Made by a program: the position numbers and the translations under genes
Notes under the pieces: model-generated
Database searches by the model: none
What the model was told of the DNA's origin: nothing
What the model saw: only the letters and a program-made list of their open reading frames with translations
Source: an uncultured delta proteobacterium
GTDB taxonomy: Bacteria; Myxococcota_A; Polyangia; Palsa-1104
Length of the DNA stretch: 64,000 nt
Assembly: GCA_963785725.1 (NCBI GenBank)
Contig: CAWAWS010000026.1
Coordinates: 160,001 to 224,000, forward strand
Direction: 5' to 3'
Shown here: one piece after another, positions 56,357 to 64,000 of the stretch
Layout of the letters: each line of letters begins with the position of its first letter
Numbering within the stretch: position 1 is the first letter of the stretch

Positions 56357-56952
56357 TGATGCGCGGCCGCGGCGTTCGGTTCGCCTGGCTGGTCGTCGCT
56401 GCGTGGCTCGGGTTGGCGTCCGGGGCTGCGTGGGCGCACGAGGATGTGCCGGCGGTGCCTGGCGAGCCGACGGCGGGCATGGTGACGATCGAGTCGACGC
56501 GCGCAGGAGCGGTCGTCGAGCGGCGCGTAAACCAGGTGAAGGGCTGGTCGATCACGTTGCCGTTTCCGGCGTTTACGCTGACCGAACAATGGGAGCCGGT
56601 GTGCGTCGTGCCGTGCGCCATGCGGCTCGAGCGCAACGCGGTTTACAAGGTCGACGGCGTGGGCGTGGCGCCGTCGGCGGCGTTCGTGCTGCCGCGCGGG
56701 CCGGAGGCGCTCGGGCTGCGCGTGAGCGCGGCGTCGAAGCTCGGGCGCGACGCGGGCGTGGCCGCGACCGTGGTCGGCGTCGTCACGGTCGTCGTGGCGG
56801 CGATCGTGGCAGGCGGCGCGGCGACGACGACGCAGGCCGGGAACCGGCTATTGTATGTCGGCGCGCCGGGGCTGGCGGTGACGGCGCTCGGCGCGATCCT
56901 GTGGGGGGCGAACGGAACGCGCGTGCGCATGAGCGACGGCCGATCGTTGTAG
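56356..56952 (+). CDS. Hypothetical exported/membrane protein
   Basis: TGATG coupling; signal peptide AWA; VCVVPC motif; C-terminal hydrophobic helices. Confidence 0.7.
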   Translation: MMRGRGVRFAWLVVAAWLGLASGAAWAHEDVPAVPGEPTAGMVTIESTRAGAVVERRVNQVKGWSITLPFPAFTLTEQWEPVCVVPCAMRLERNAVYKVDGVGVAPSAAFVLPRGPEALGLRVSAASKLGRDAGVAATVVGVVTVVVAAIVAGGAATTTQAGNRLLYVGAPGLAVTALGAILWGANGTRVRMSDGRSL

Positions 56953-57112
56953 CCGCGTCATCCGTCATGTTTGCGGCATCGTCGGAGCTGAATGAGGCCG
57001 CAGGCGCGTGCGCCAAGACCTTGGCGCGTCTGCGGCCTTGGACTGGAGGCCTCAGAGCGCGCGCCAAGACCCAAAAAGTGTTCATCCCGCCCCGCCTTAT
57101 CCCAGGGTTCGA

Positions 57113-57140
57113 ATGTCTGATAAGGCGTATTATGTCAACT
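57113..57140. other. dif site (XerC/XerD chromosome dimer resolution site)
   Basis: ATGTCTGATAA-GGCGTA-TTATGTCAACT: canonical 11-6-11 layout with inner ATAA/TTAT and an XerD arm close to TTATGTTAAAT; intergenic. Confidence 0.88.
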
Positions 57141-57170
57141 GACCGCTAATCGACAACGCTGGCCGTTTCA

Positions 57171-57317
57171 TCACACGGCGGCGTCGTCCTCGTCGGGGCC
57201 TCGATACTCGGCGTTGTTCGGGTTGAGTTGGTCGGCGTGGTTGTCGAGGCTGTCCCAGTAGGCATCATTGTTCGGGTTCATGCTGTCGCTCCGATCGTCG
57301 TTCGGATCTCGGCTCAT
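57171..57317 (-). CDS. 48-aa acidic Asn/Asp-rich microprotein with two NPNN motifs
   Basis: AAGGAG RBS 6 nt upstream; MSRDPNDDRSDSMNPNNDAYWDSLDNHADQLNPNNAEYRG. Confidence 0.65.
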   Translation of the reverse strand: MSRDPNDDRSDSMNPNNDAYWDSLDNHADQLNPNNAEYRGPDEDDAAV

Positions 57318-57896
57318 GGTGGTCTCCTTCAAATGGTTCGGGCCGCGTACGATGCGAGGCTTGCGTGAGAGCGCGAAGGCGCGTCTAAAGATGCTCAGTT
57401 TGTTCTGCAGCGACGGCGCTCCGCCTTCGCCGAGGGCGAGCGCAGCTTCTCGCCGCGATTTGTGTTTCCCGTCCTTCATGGCGGATTCGAAGCGAGCAAG
57501 CTGATACGGAAGCTCATCATCGAGAGGACGACCGGCGCGCTTCCTGGGGACATTCTTGGCGGCTTCCGCCTCAGCGCAGGACACAAGAAACGGCGGGCAC
57601 TCGATCTTGGCGGCGATGCTCGTCTTCCCGTTGACCACGAGCCAGTCGACGATTGCAGGAGCGTGCTCGGGAAACAACCGCGCTAGCCGCGTGAGGCGGC
57701 GCGTTTCCTTCGGCTGCTTCGTCACCAGGTTCTTAGCCTTGGCGATTTCAGACTCGATAGCAGCGGTATTTGCGCCCGCTTCGGGAAACGCGAACTCGTC
57801 CGAACTGGCAATGATGAAGGCGCCGATGACAGGCTGATCAAGTGCCGTTGGTGCCGTCCTCGAGGGGCATTTGATGACGATGTCGAAGGTCCGCAT
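57171..57896 (-). CDS. Hypothetical ORF with atypical codon use and possible DNA-binding motifs, in frame with the NPNN microprotein
   Basis: 241-codon open frame in lower-GC DNA; RKRAGRP and SRREAALALG motifs. Confidence 0.4.
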   Translation of the reverse strand: MRTFDIVIKCPSRTAPTALDQPVIGAFIIASSDEFAFPEAGANTAAIESEIAKAKNLVTKQPKETRRLTRLARLFPEHAPAIVDWLVVNGKTSIAAKIECPPFLVSCAEAEAAKNVPRKRAGRPLDDELPYQLARFESAMKDGKHKSRREAALALGEGGAPSLQNKLSIFRRAFALSRKPRIVRGPNHLKETTMSRDPNDDRSDSMNPNNDAYWDSLDNHADQLNPNNAEYRGPDEDDAAV

Positions 57897-58217
57897 GCCT
57901 CAAAGCTAGCCAGGCACGGGCGGTGCGGCTATCACAGAAATCACCTCGGGGACGCGCCGCCGAGGCGCCGCGCCTGTCCCCGCGATCAGCTCAAACACGA
58001 GCACCACCGTGAAGCCCTTGGCAGCCATGCAAAGGTTGCATGCCACGGTATCGAGCGTAGAACCGCTCGTGGGATCGCGGATGGATGGGCCCGTCACCGA
58101 GGCGAGAACCTCCGAATCGCTCGCGGCTTCTTTTGAAGCGCAGGTCGGGACAGCGCTCGCGCTTACCGCGCGCGCAACGACGGGCTGCGGCGTGCAGACG
58201 GTGCCCGAGGAGATGAG

Positions 58218-59444
58218 ATGTCCGCCCCTTCCAAGCGAACGCGGATTGGCCTCGACTGGCTCAACTTCCTGTTGGCCGACGTGCAGACCGGCGTGGGGCC
58301 GTTCCTGGCCATCTACCTCGCCGGCTACGGCTGGAACGAGGAGCGCGTCGGCCTCGCGTTGACCATCGGCGGCATGGCCGGCATCTTGGCGCAGACGCCG
58401 GCCGGTGCGCTCGTCGACGCCCTGCGCCAGAAGCGCGCCATTATCGCCACCGCGGTGGCGGCTCTCGCCGCCGGTGCGCTCGCGATCGCGCTGTTTCCTT
58501 CGTTGGGACCGGTCGTGGCAGCGCAGATCGTGATCGGCGGCACGTCGAGCGTCCTCATCCCGGCGATCTGCGGAATCTCCCTCGGCGTCGTCGGGCACGC
58601 CGCCTTCGATGCCCGCCAGGGCCGCAATCAGACCTTCAACTCGGCGGGCAACGTCACCGCTGCCGTGTCGATGGGCCTGCTCGGCTACTTCGTGTCCAAT
58701 CGCAGCATCTTCTTTTTCGTCGTCGGCCTGGCCATCCCGACGCTGCTCGTGCTGCGACTCATCCGACCGGACGAAATCGATCACCGGCTGGCACGCGGCT
58801 CCACCGACGGGACGACCGCCGGCAGCGCCGAACGCGTGCGCGCACTCTTCGCCGACCGCCCGCTCGTCATCTTCCTCGTCTGCGCCGTGCTGTTCCACTT
58901 CGCCAACGCGGCCATGCTACCGCTGCTCGGCGAGCGGCTGGCCAAGGGACGCGGGCGCAGCTCGATGCTGTTCATGTCCGCTTGTGTCGTCACGACGCAG
59001 CTCGTGATCACCCTGCTCGCCTCGTGGTCGGGCCGCCGCGCCGGCGCCTGGGGACGCAAGCCGCTCCTCGTGATCGCGTTCGGCGTCTTGCCGATTCGCG
59101 GCGTGCTCTATACGTTGACCGCGAGCAGCGCCTGGCTCGTCGCCATCCAGGTGCTGGACGGTATCGGCGCCGGAATCTTCGGTGTCGTCTCGGTCCTCGT
59201 CATCGCCGACCTCACGCGTGGCACCGGTCGCTTCAACCTCACGTTGGGCGCCATCACCACGGCCGTCGGCATCGGCGCCGCGCTGAGCCAGGTCATCGCC
59301 GGCAGCCTCGTGCACCACGCGGGGTTTCGCGTCGGCTTCCTGTTCTTATCCGGCGTCGCCGTCGCCGCCCTCGCCATCCTCTACTTCTTCATGCCGGAAA
59401 CCCTCGAGACGGTGCGGCGACCAGATGACGCCAGCGCGCTGTGA
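58218..59444 (+). CDS. MFS transporter
   Basis: LNFLLADVQTGVGPF, QTPAGALVD, LFHFANAAMLPL, ADLTRGTGRFN; about 12 TM helices. Confidence 0.92.
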   Translation: MSAPSKRTRIGLDWLNFLLADVQTGVGPFLAIYLAGYGWNEERVGLALTIGGMAGILAQTPAGALVDALRQKRAIIATAVAALAAGALAIALFPSLGPVVAAQIVIGGTSSVLIPAICGISLGVVGHAAFDARQGRNQTFNSAGNVTAAVSMGLLGYFVSNRSIFFFVVGLAIPTLLVLRLIRPDEIDHRLARGSTDGTTAGSAERVRALFADRPLVIFLVCAVLFHFANAAMLPLLGERLAKGRGRSSMLFMSACVVTTQLVITLLASWSGRRAGAWGRKPLLVIAFGVLPIRGVLYTLTASSAWLVAIQVLDGIGAGIFGVVSVLVIADLTRGTGRFNLTLGAITTAVGIGAALSQVIAGSLVHHAGFRVGFLFLSGVAVAALAILYFFMPETLETVRRPDDASAL

Positions 59445-59523
59445 CGCGACGCTGATTGCAGGTCGTTGGCGCTCACGGATGTGCCTCCTTGCGCTCGATC
59501 GCGCGCGGCTGGACAGTAGCGCA

Positions 59524-60111
59524 ATGACCGAGCCCTCGAGAATCCGGCCCACGCTTGCCGTCATCACCGTCAGCACTCGTCCCGGGCGCGCCGGCTTTCC
59601 CCTCAGCACGTGGATCGTCGAGCGCGCCCAGGCGCACGGCGCATTCGAGGTCGCGCTGGTCGATCTGCGCGACGTGAATCTTCCGCTGTTCGACGAGGCC
59701 CGTCACCCGCGTCTCCGGCAATACGAGCACGAGCACACGAAGCGCTGGAGCGCGACGGTGGACGCCGCCGACGCCTTCATCTTCGTCACGCCCGAGTATG
59801 ACCACGGGACGCCGCCCTCGTTCATCAACGCGCTGGTTTATCTGGTGCAAGAGTGGGCGCACAAGCCGGTCAGCTTCGTCAGCTATGGTGGCCCGGCGGG
59901 CGGGACGCGCGCGGTGCAGATGGTCAAGCCGATGTTGGCGGCGCTGAAGATGGTGGTGCTGCAGGAGTCGGTGATGGTGCCGCTGTTCATGCACAACATC
60001 GACGACAGCGGCGTGTTCCGCCCGAGCGAGCTGCAGCAAAGCCACGCCACCATGATGCTCGATGCGCTCGTGAAGTGGGACCAGGCGCTCACGCCGATGC
60101 GAGCCCAATGA
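59524..60111 (+). CDS. NADPH-dependent FMN reductase
   Basis: STRPGRAG, ADAFIFVTPEYDHG, EWAHKP, VSYGGPAGGTRAV. Confidence 0.92.
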   Translation: MTEPSRIRPTLAVITVSTRPGRAGFPLSTWIVERAQAHGAFEVALVDLRDVNLPLFDEARHPRLRQYEHEHTKRWSATVDAADAFIFVTPEYDHGTPPSFINALVYLVQEWAHKPVSFVSYGGPAGGTRAVQMVKPMLAALKMVVLQESVMVPLFMHNIDDSGVFRPSELQQSHATMMLDALVKWDQALTPMRAQ

Positions 60112-60320
60112 GTCGACGATCAACGCGGTGGCCCATCGATTGGGGCTGGCGGCCCGTCGTGATGGGCGGCGCGTCAGCTGCAGTGCGCTTGCTGGCGCCC
60201 GCGGTCCCGCCGTAGATGAGGGCGGCACGACTGCACGATGGGTACGCGGCGTTGGTGCGGCAACCGCGTCGCCTTCATCGTGCGACGACGCGGTTGCGCA
60301 GCGTGATGACGAGGCGGGTC

Positions 60321-61832
60321 TTACAGGCCGTTCAGGTGCCAGGTCTGCGCGACGGTGCCATTGCAGTCGTAAATCTGCACTTGCGTACCGTCGGCGGCCG
60401 ACGCGGCGTTGATGTCGAGGCACTTGTTGCTGTTGGTGTTGATGAACTCGACGTTGCCGCCACCGACGTCGACGATGTTGAACGACTGCGCGCCCGTGCC
60501 GTTGCAGTCCCACAGCTGCGCCTTGGTCAGGTCGGCCGTGCCCGACGCAGAGATGTCGACGCACTTGTTGCTGTTGTCATTGACGATCTGGTAGTTGCCA
60601 TTGGCGACGGCGACCTTGTGGAACGTCTGCGCGGCCGTGCCGTTGCAGGTCCACTCTTGGATCTTGGTGCCGTCGGCCGTGCCCGCGCCGTTGACGTCGA
60701 GGCACTTGCCGCTGAAGGGCGCGGTGATCGTGCCCGAGCCGCCGCCGCCGCGCGAGCCGCCGAACGTCACGGTGAAGTTGTTGCCCGAATTCGAGGTCGT
60801 CCAATTGCCGCCGCAATTGGCCAGCGAGTTGATGACCCAGTTGGTCCACGACAGGCCCGGAACATTGATGCCGTTGCCGTTGATGTCGCTGATGGCGAAG
60901 TTGTCGTACGTGAGCTGGCCGGTCGTCGGCACCTGATCGCATGACGTCAGCGAGTAGACCTCGAGCACGCCGCCGAAGATCCAGTCGTGCGGGTGGCCGA
61001 ACGACGACGTATCGAACTCCGACGCCTGGCCGGTGCGCTCGTCTTTGGTCTCGATATGCCAATTGTCGCAGATGCCGGTGTCGGAGTGGCAGCTGGTTCC
61101 CGTGTTGGTGCCGAGGATGGTGTCGCCGGGGTTGACCGGGACCGAGTCGCCGTATTCGGCGTTGCCGCCGCCTTCACAGCAGTTCCAGCTCTGCACGAAC
61201 CACTGCGCGTTCTCGTAGGCGAGCACCGGCTGCAAGATGGTGCCGCCGTCTTTGCCGTCGAGCGTCTCGGTGCCCGGGAAGAAGAAGAGCACCTGGCCCG
61301 CCTGCGCCGGCGTCGGCGGCACGACCCAGCTCGTCTGCAGTCGCGAGACGCCGGGATTGAAGGTCGAATATTGCGCCAGCGACCAGCCTTCGACATCGGC
61401 CTCGGCGTCGAGCGGCTTGACGACGGGCAGCGTGTCCGGCTTGACCGCCGGCTGCGCCCCGCCGATGCCGGGCGCGTAGTTCATCCTCCCCGCAGCGGCC
61501 GCGATGGTCGGCTTGCCGGCGGCGTCGAAGTGCGGATAGGAGCAGACCGACGTCGCGCGCGCCTTGCCGGTCTGCGCGACGATGGTGCCGTTGGTTCCCA
61601 GCGTCTCGTTGCCGTTGACGTGCACGAGGCACGACGGGTGGAAGTAGCCGACCGGCGTCGCCACGTAACCCGCGGGAACGCCCGCCGGCAGGACCGGAGG
61701 CCGCGCGACGATGGCCTGGCTGCTCGAGCCTTCGGAGCCGGCGCCGGAGATCTCGCCGTTACATCCCAGTCCTGCGATGCTCATCGACAACGCCAACGCG
61801 GCCAGTGCCTTCGGTACGGTCCAATGATTCAT
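60321..61832 (-). CDS. Lipoprotein with putative propeptide, beta-sandwich (glutamic-peptidase-like) domain and C-terminal ricin-B lectin domain
   Basis: GGAGG RBS; lipobox GLGC; three KC(L/V)D...C...Q repeats of a ricin beta-trefoil; central WVVPPTP, ILQPVL, GVLEVY. Confidence 0.8.
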   Translation of the reverse strand: MNHWTVPKALAALALSMSIAGLGCNGEISGAGSEGSSSQAIVARPPVLPAGVPAGYVATPVGYFHPSCLVHVNGNETLGTNGTIVAQTGKARATSVCSYPHFDAAGKPTIAAAAGRMNYAPGIGGAQPAVKPDTLPVVKPLDAEADVEGWSLAQYSTFNPGVSRLQTSWVVPPTPAQAGQVLFFFPGTETLDGKDGGTILQPVLAYENAQWFVQSWNCCEGGGNAEYGDSVPVNPGDTILGTNTGTSCHSDTGICDNWHIETKDERTGQASEFDTSSFGHPHDWIFGGVLEVYSLTSCDQVPTTGQLTYDNFAISDINGNGINVPGLSWTNWVINSLANCGGNWTTSNSGNNFTVTFGGSRGGGGSGTITAPFSGKCLDVNGAGTADGTKIQEWTCNGTAAQTFHKVAVANGNYQIVNDNSNKCVDISASGTADLTKAQLWDCNGTGAQSFNIVDVGGGNVEFINTNSNKCLDINAASAADGTQVQIYDCNGTVAQTWHLNGL

Positions 61833-62298
61833 TGAGCGCCTCCGTTTGTGCAGCGACTTCGATTGACTGCTCGTCTCGGCGACCGCGATGGGCGGAGCCA
61901 CGTCCTGCGAATCGAGCAGCGCGACAAGTCAGGGCGCGTGCGTGGACGAGCTGCGAGCACGGTCGGCTCGTCAACCGGCGATGTCCACTTCCACGGTTCC
62001 GCAGTCTGCAGTCACAACGAGCTGCACCGCGCCGAGACACTTTCGATCGCGTGCAGGAGCAACTGTCGCGCCACGCTGGGCTGCCGCGAGGCCCACGTGG
62101 GACAACGGCTTAGCGGCGCTCCTCGCGACAATCCGCGAGCGAGAGAATCCCCCACCTGTATCGCATCGGAAGCGAATTCACGTGGATCTGCCTTGGATGT
62201 CGGGAAAGATGATTGGCCGATATCGAATCGTCGTCGTCCTCAGATACAGACACCGACTCGAGCGGCCGAATCGGAAATGGGGCAATGCGGCGCGGCGA

Positions 62299-63959
62299 TT
62301 AGGGCTCGAGCGATCGGACGTGCGCACGCAGTCGCGAGACCCGCGCCAGCGCTGCATCGACGGCGGCGGCGCCTTCGGCGTGGCTGGCGCGTGCGAGATC
62401 GAGCGCACGCTCGGCCGAGTCAGACACCGCGCGCAGTCGGGACCGGATCTCCGCTTCCAGCGTGCGCCGACTCTCGAGCACCCGCTCGATGAGGTCGTTC
62501 TGCAGGCGCGCGCTGTTCGTTTCCAGCATGTGTTGGAGGTAGGCTGCGGCGTCCTTCTCGATCGCCGCGAGCGATCGGCGCCGCGGCCGCACGGCATCGG
62601 CGATGCGCGTCCACACCGACTCGGGGACGACGGTCAACAGCTCGTGAAGGAAGAAGCGGCTCTTCACTCGAAATCCTTCGCCCATGATCGTCGGCGACAG
62701 TCCGCGGATGGGGCTCGCCGACAGAAAGCGGTTCGCCAGATCGACGAAGCGTTGCATCGACTCGCGGTAGAGCGCTTCGGCCGCCGCCTCCTCGTCGTGG
62801 AGCCGTGGCTCGAGCGAGTCTTTGGAGAGCTGTTGCGCGAGCGCGATCGCTCGTTGACGCAAGGCCGCGCCGCGCTCCTCGGTCGCGGCCAGCGCGACCG
62901 CCAGCGCCCGGAGGGTCGCGGCTCGCGCTTCGGCCAAGAAGGTCGCGCGCCGCCGGTCGAAGGTCGCATTCAGCCGCTCCTGCTCGGCGGTCATGCGGTG
63001 GCCGAGCTCGGCAAGGGCCGTCTCGGCCTCGGCCACACAGCGCTTGAGCGCGACGATGCGCTGCTCCGAGTCGGCGACCGGACGCGACAGCGCGCCCTGT
63101 CGTTCGTCGAGCTCGTGCAAGAGCTGCTGCGCGAGCAGCGAAAGGCCGCGCTCCTGCGCGAGGCGGACAGATCGGCTCCCGCGTGCGCGGCGAGCGTGCA
63201 CAGCGCCGCGTGCAGCTGTCGCCAGTCGTAGGTCTCGAGCCCGCGCAAGCGCTCCGTCGCGCTCACCTCGAACACCGGCGCCGCGCGACCGAGACGTTGG
63301 CCGACGATGCGCTGCGTGAACGCGATCGCCTGCCGGCGCGCGACCTCGCTCATGCGATCGGCCTTGTTGAGCACGAAGAGCAGCTGGCGAACGTGCTCGG
63401 CGACGGCGACGACCAAGTCCAGCTCGTCGCCGGAGATCGGCGGGTCGGCGCCCACGACAATCAGCGCCACGTCGATGTGGTGCAAAAAGCCGCGAGTCAC
63501 CGCCGTATTCCCTGCGAAGACCGACCCGATCCCCGGCGTGTCGACGAGGCACAGGCCCGACGCCAAGAGCGGGCTCGGCGTCGACAGCTCGACGAGGGCG
63601 ACGCCTTTGACGTTCTCGGGATTGGCGCTCTCGCAGACGAACTGTTCGATGTCGTCGGGATCGATGTCCTGCCATTGCCCGCTGACGAATCGGACGCGGG
63701 CGTGCGCGGCGCCTTCGCGAACGAGGGTGACCGCCGACGTCACGGGAATGACGCCGACGGGCAGGCGCTCGCGTCCGATGAGCGCGTTGATGAGCGTCGA
63801 TTTGCCGCGTTTGAATTGGCCGATGCAGGCGACGTAGAACAGTCCCTCGGCCGTGCGCTGCGCCAGCGCCTCGGCGTCGCGCGCGAGATCGGCCCGTCCG
63901 AGCTCCTGCGCGAGCGCCGCGGCGGACCGAATCGAGCTTTCGGCGCTGCGCGCGTTCAC
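62299..63959 (-). CDS. Bacterial dynamin-like GTPase (one frameshift near 63170)
   Basis: AAGGAG RBS; GQFKRGKSTLINAL, PVT, VDTPG, LNKAD, EVSA; the helical stalk continues in the frame ending at 62299. Confidence 0.85.
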
Positions 63960-64000
63960 CTCGTCTCCTTCGTCAGTTGGGGCGGGCGCGAAGCCCGCGG

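Noticed and set aside
61833..62298. Riboswitch or small gene in the long gap upstream of the lectin gene
   Set aside because: No recognisable aptamer motifs, and the ORFs crossing it lack coding character.

Overview
Very GC-rich chromosomal segment whose gene content points to a myxobacterium (Myxococcota): Tgl-like pilotin, GltA/GltB-like beta-barrels, a roadblock protein, several Ser/Thr kinases and a kinase-sigma54 activator fusion. Most of it is core or housekeeping DNA (ftsY, smc, cmk-rpsA-sppA, queE, recO, a MoxR/DUF58 operon) mixed with many signalling genes. A clear XerC/D dif site lies at 57113-57140, so the window probably covers the replication terminus, and accessory-looking genes follow it. 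The best candidate for an undescribed system is the operon at 213-5490. It encodes two paralogous membrane histidine kinases with complementary defects (one keeps the phospho-His but has a degenerate ATP lid; the other has an intact ATP domain but no His), flanking a catalytically degenerate GGDEF protein that keeps its c-di-GMP I-site. Four genes, including the normally essential rpsA, carry frameshifts that are most simply explained as assembly or polishing indels. I saw no rRNA, tRNA, CRISPR array, transposase or integrase. All family calls come from motif recognition by eye, not database searches, and some start codons are best guesses.
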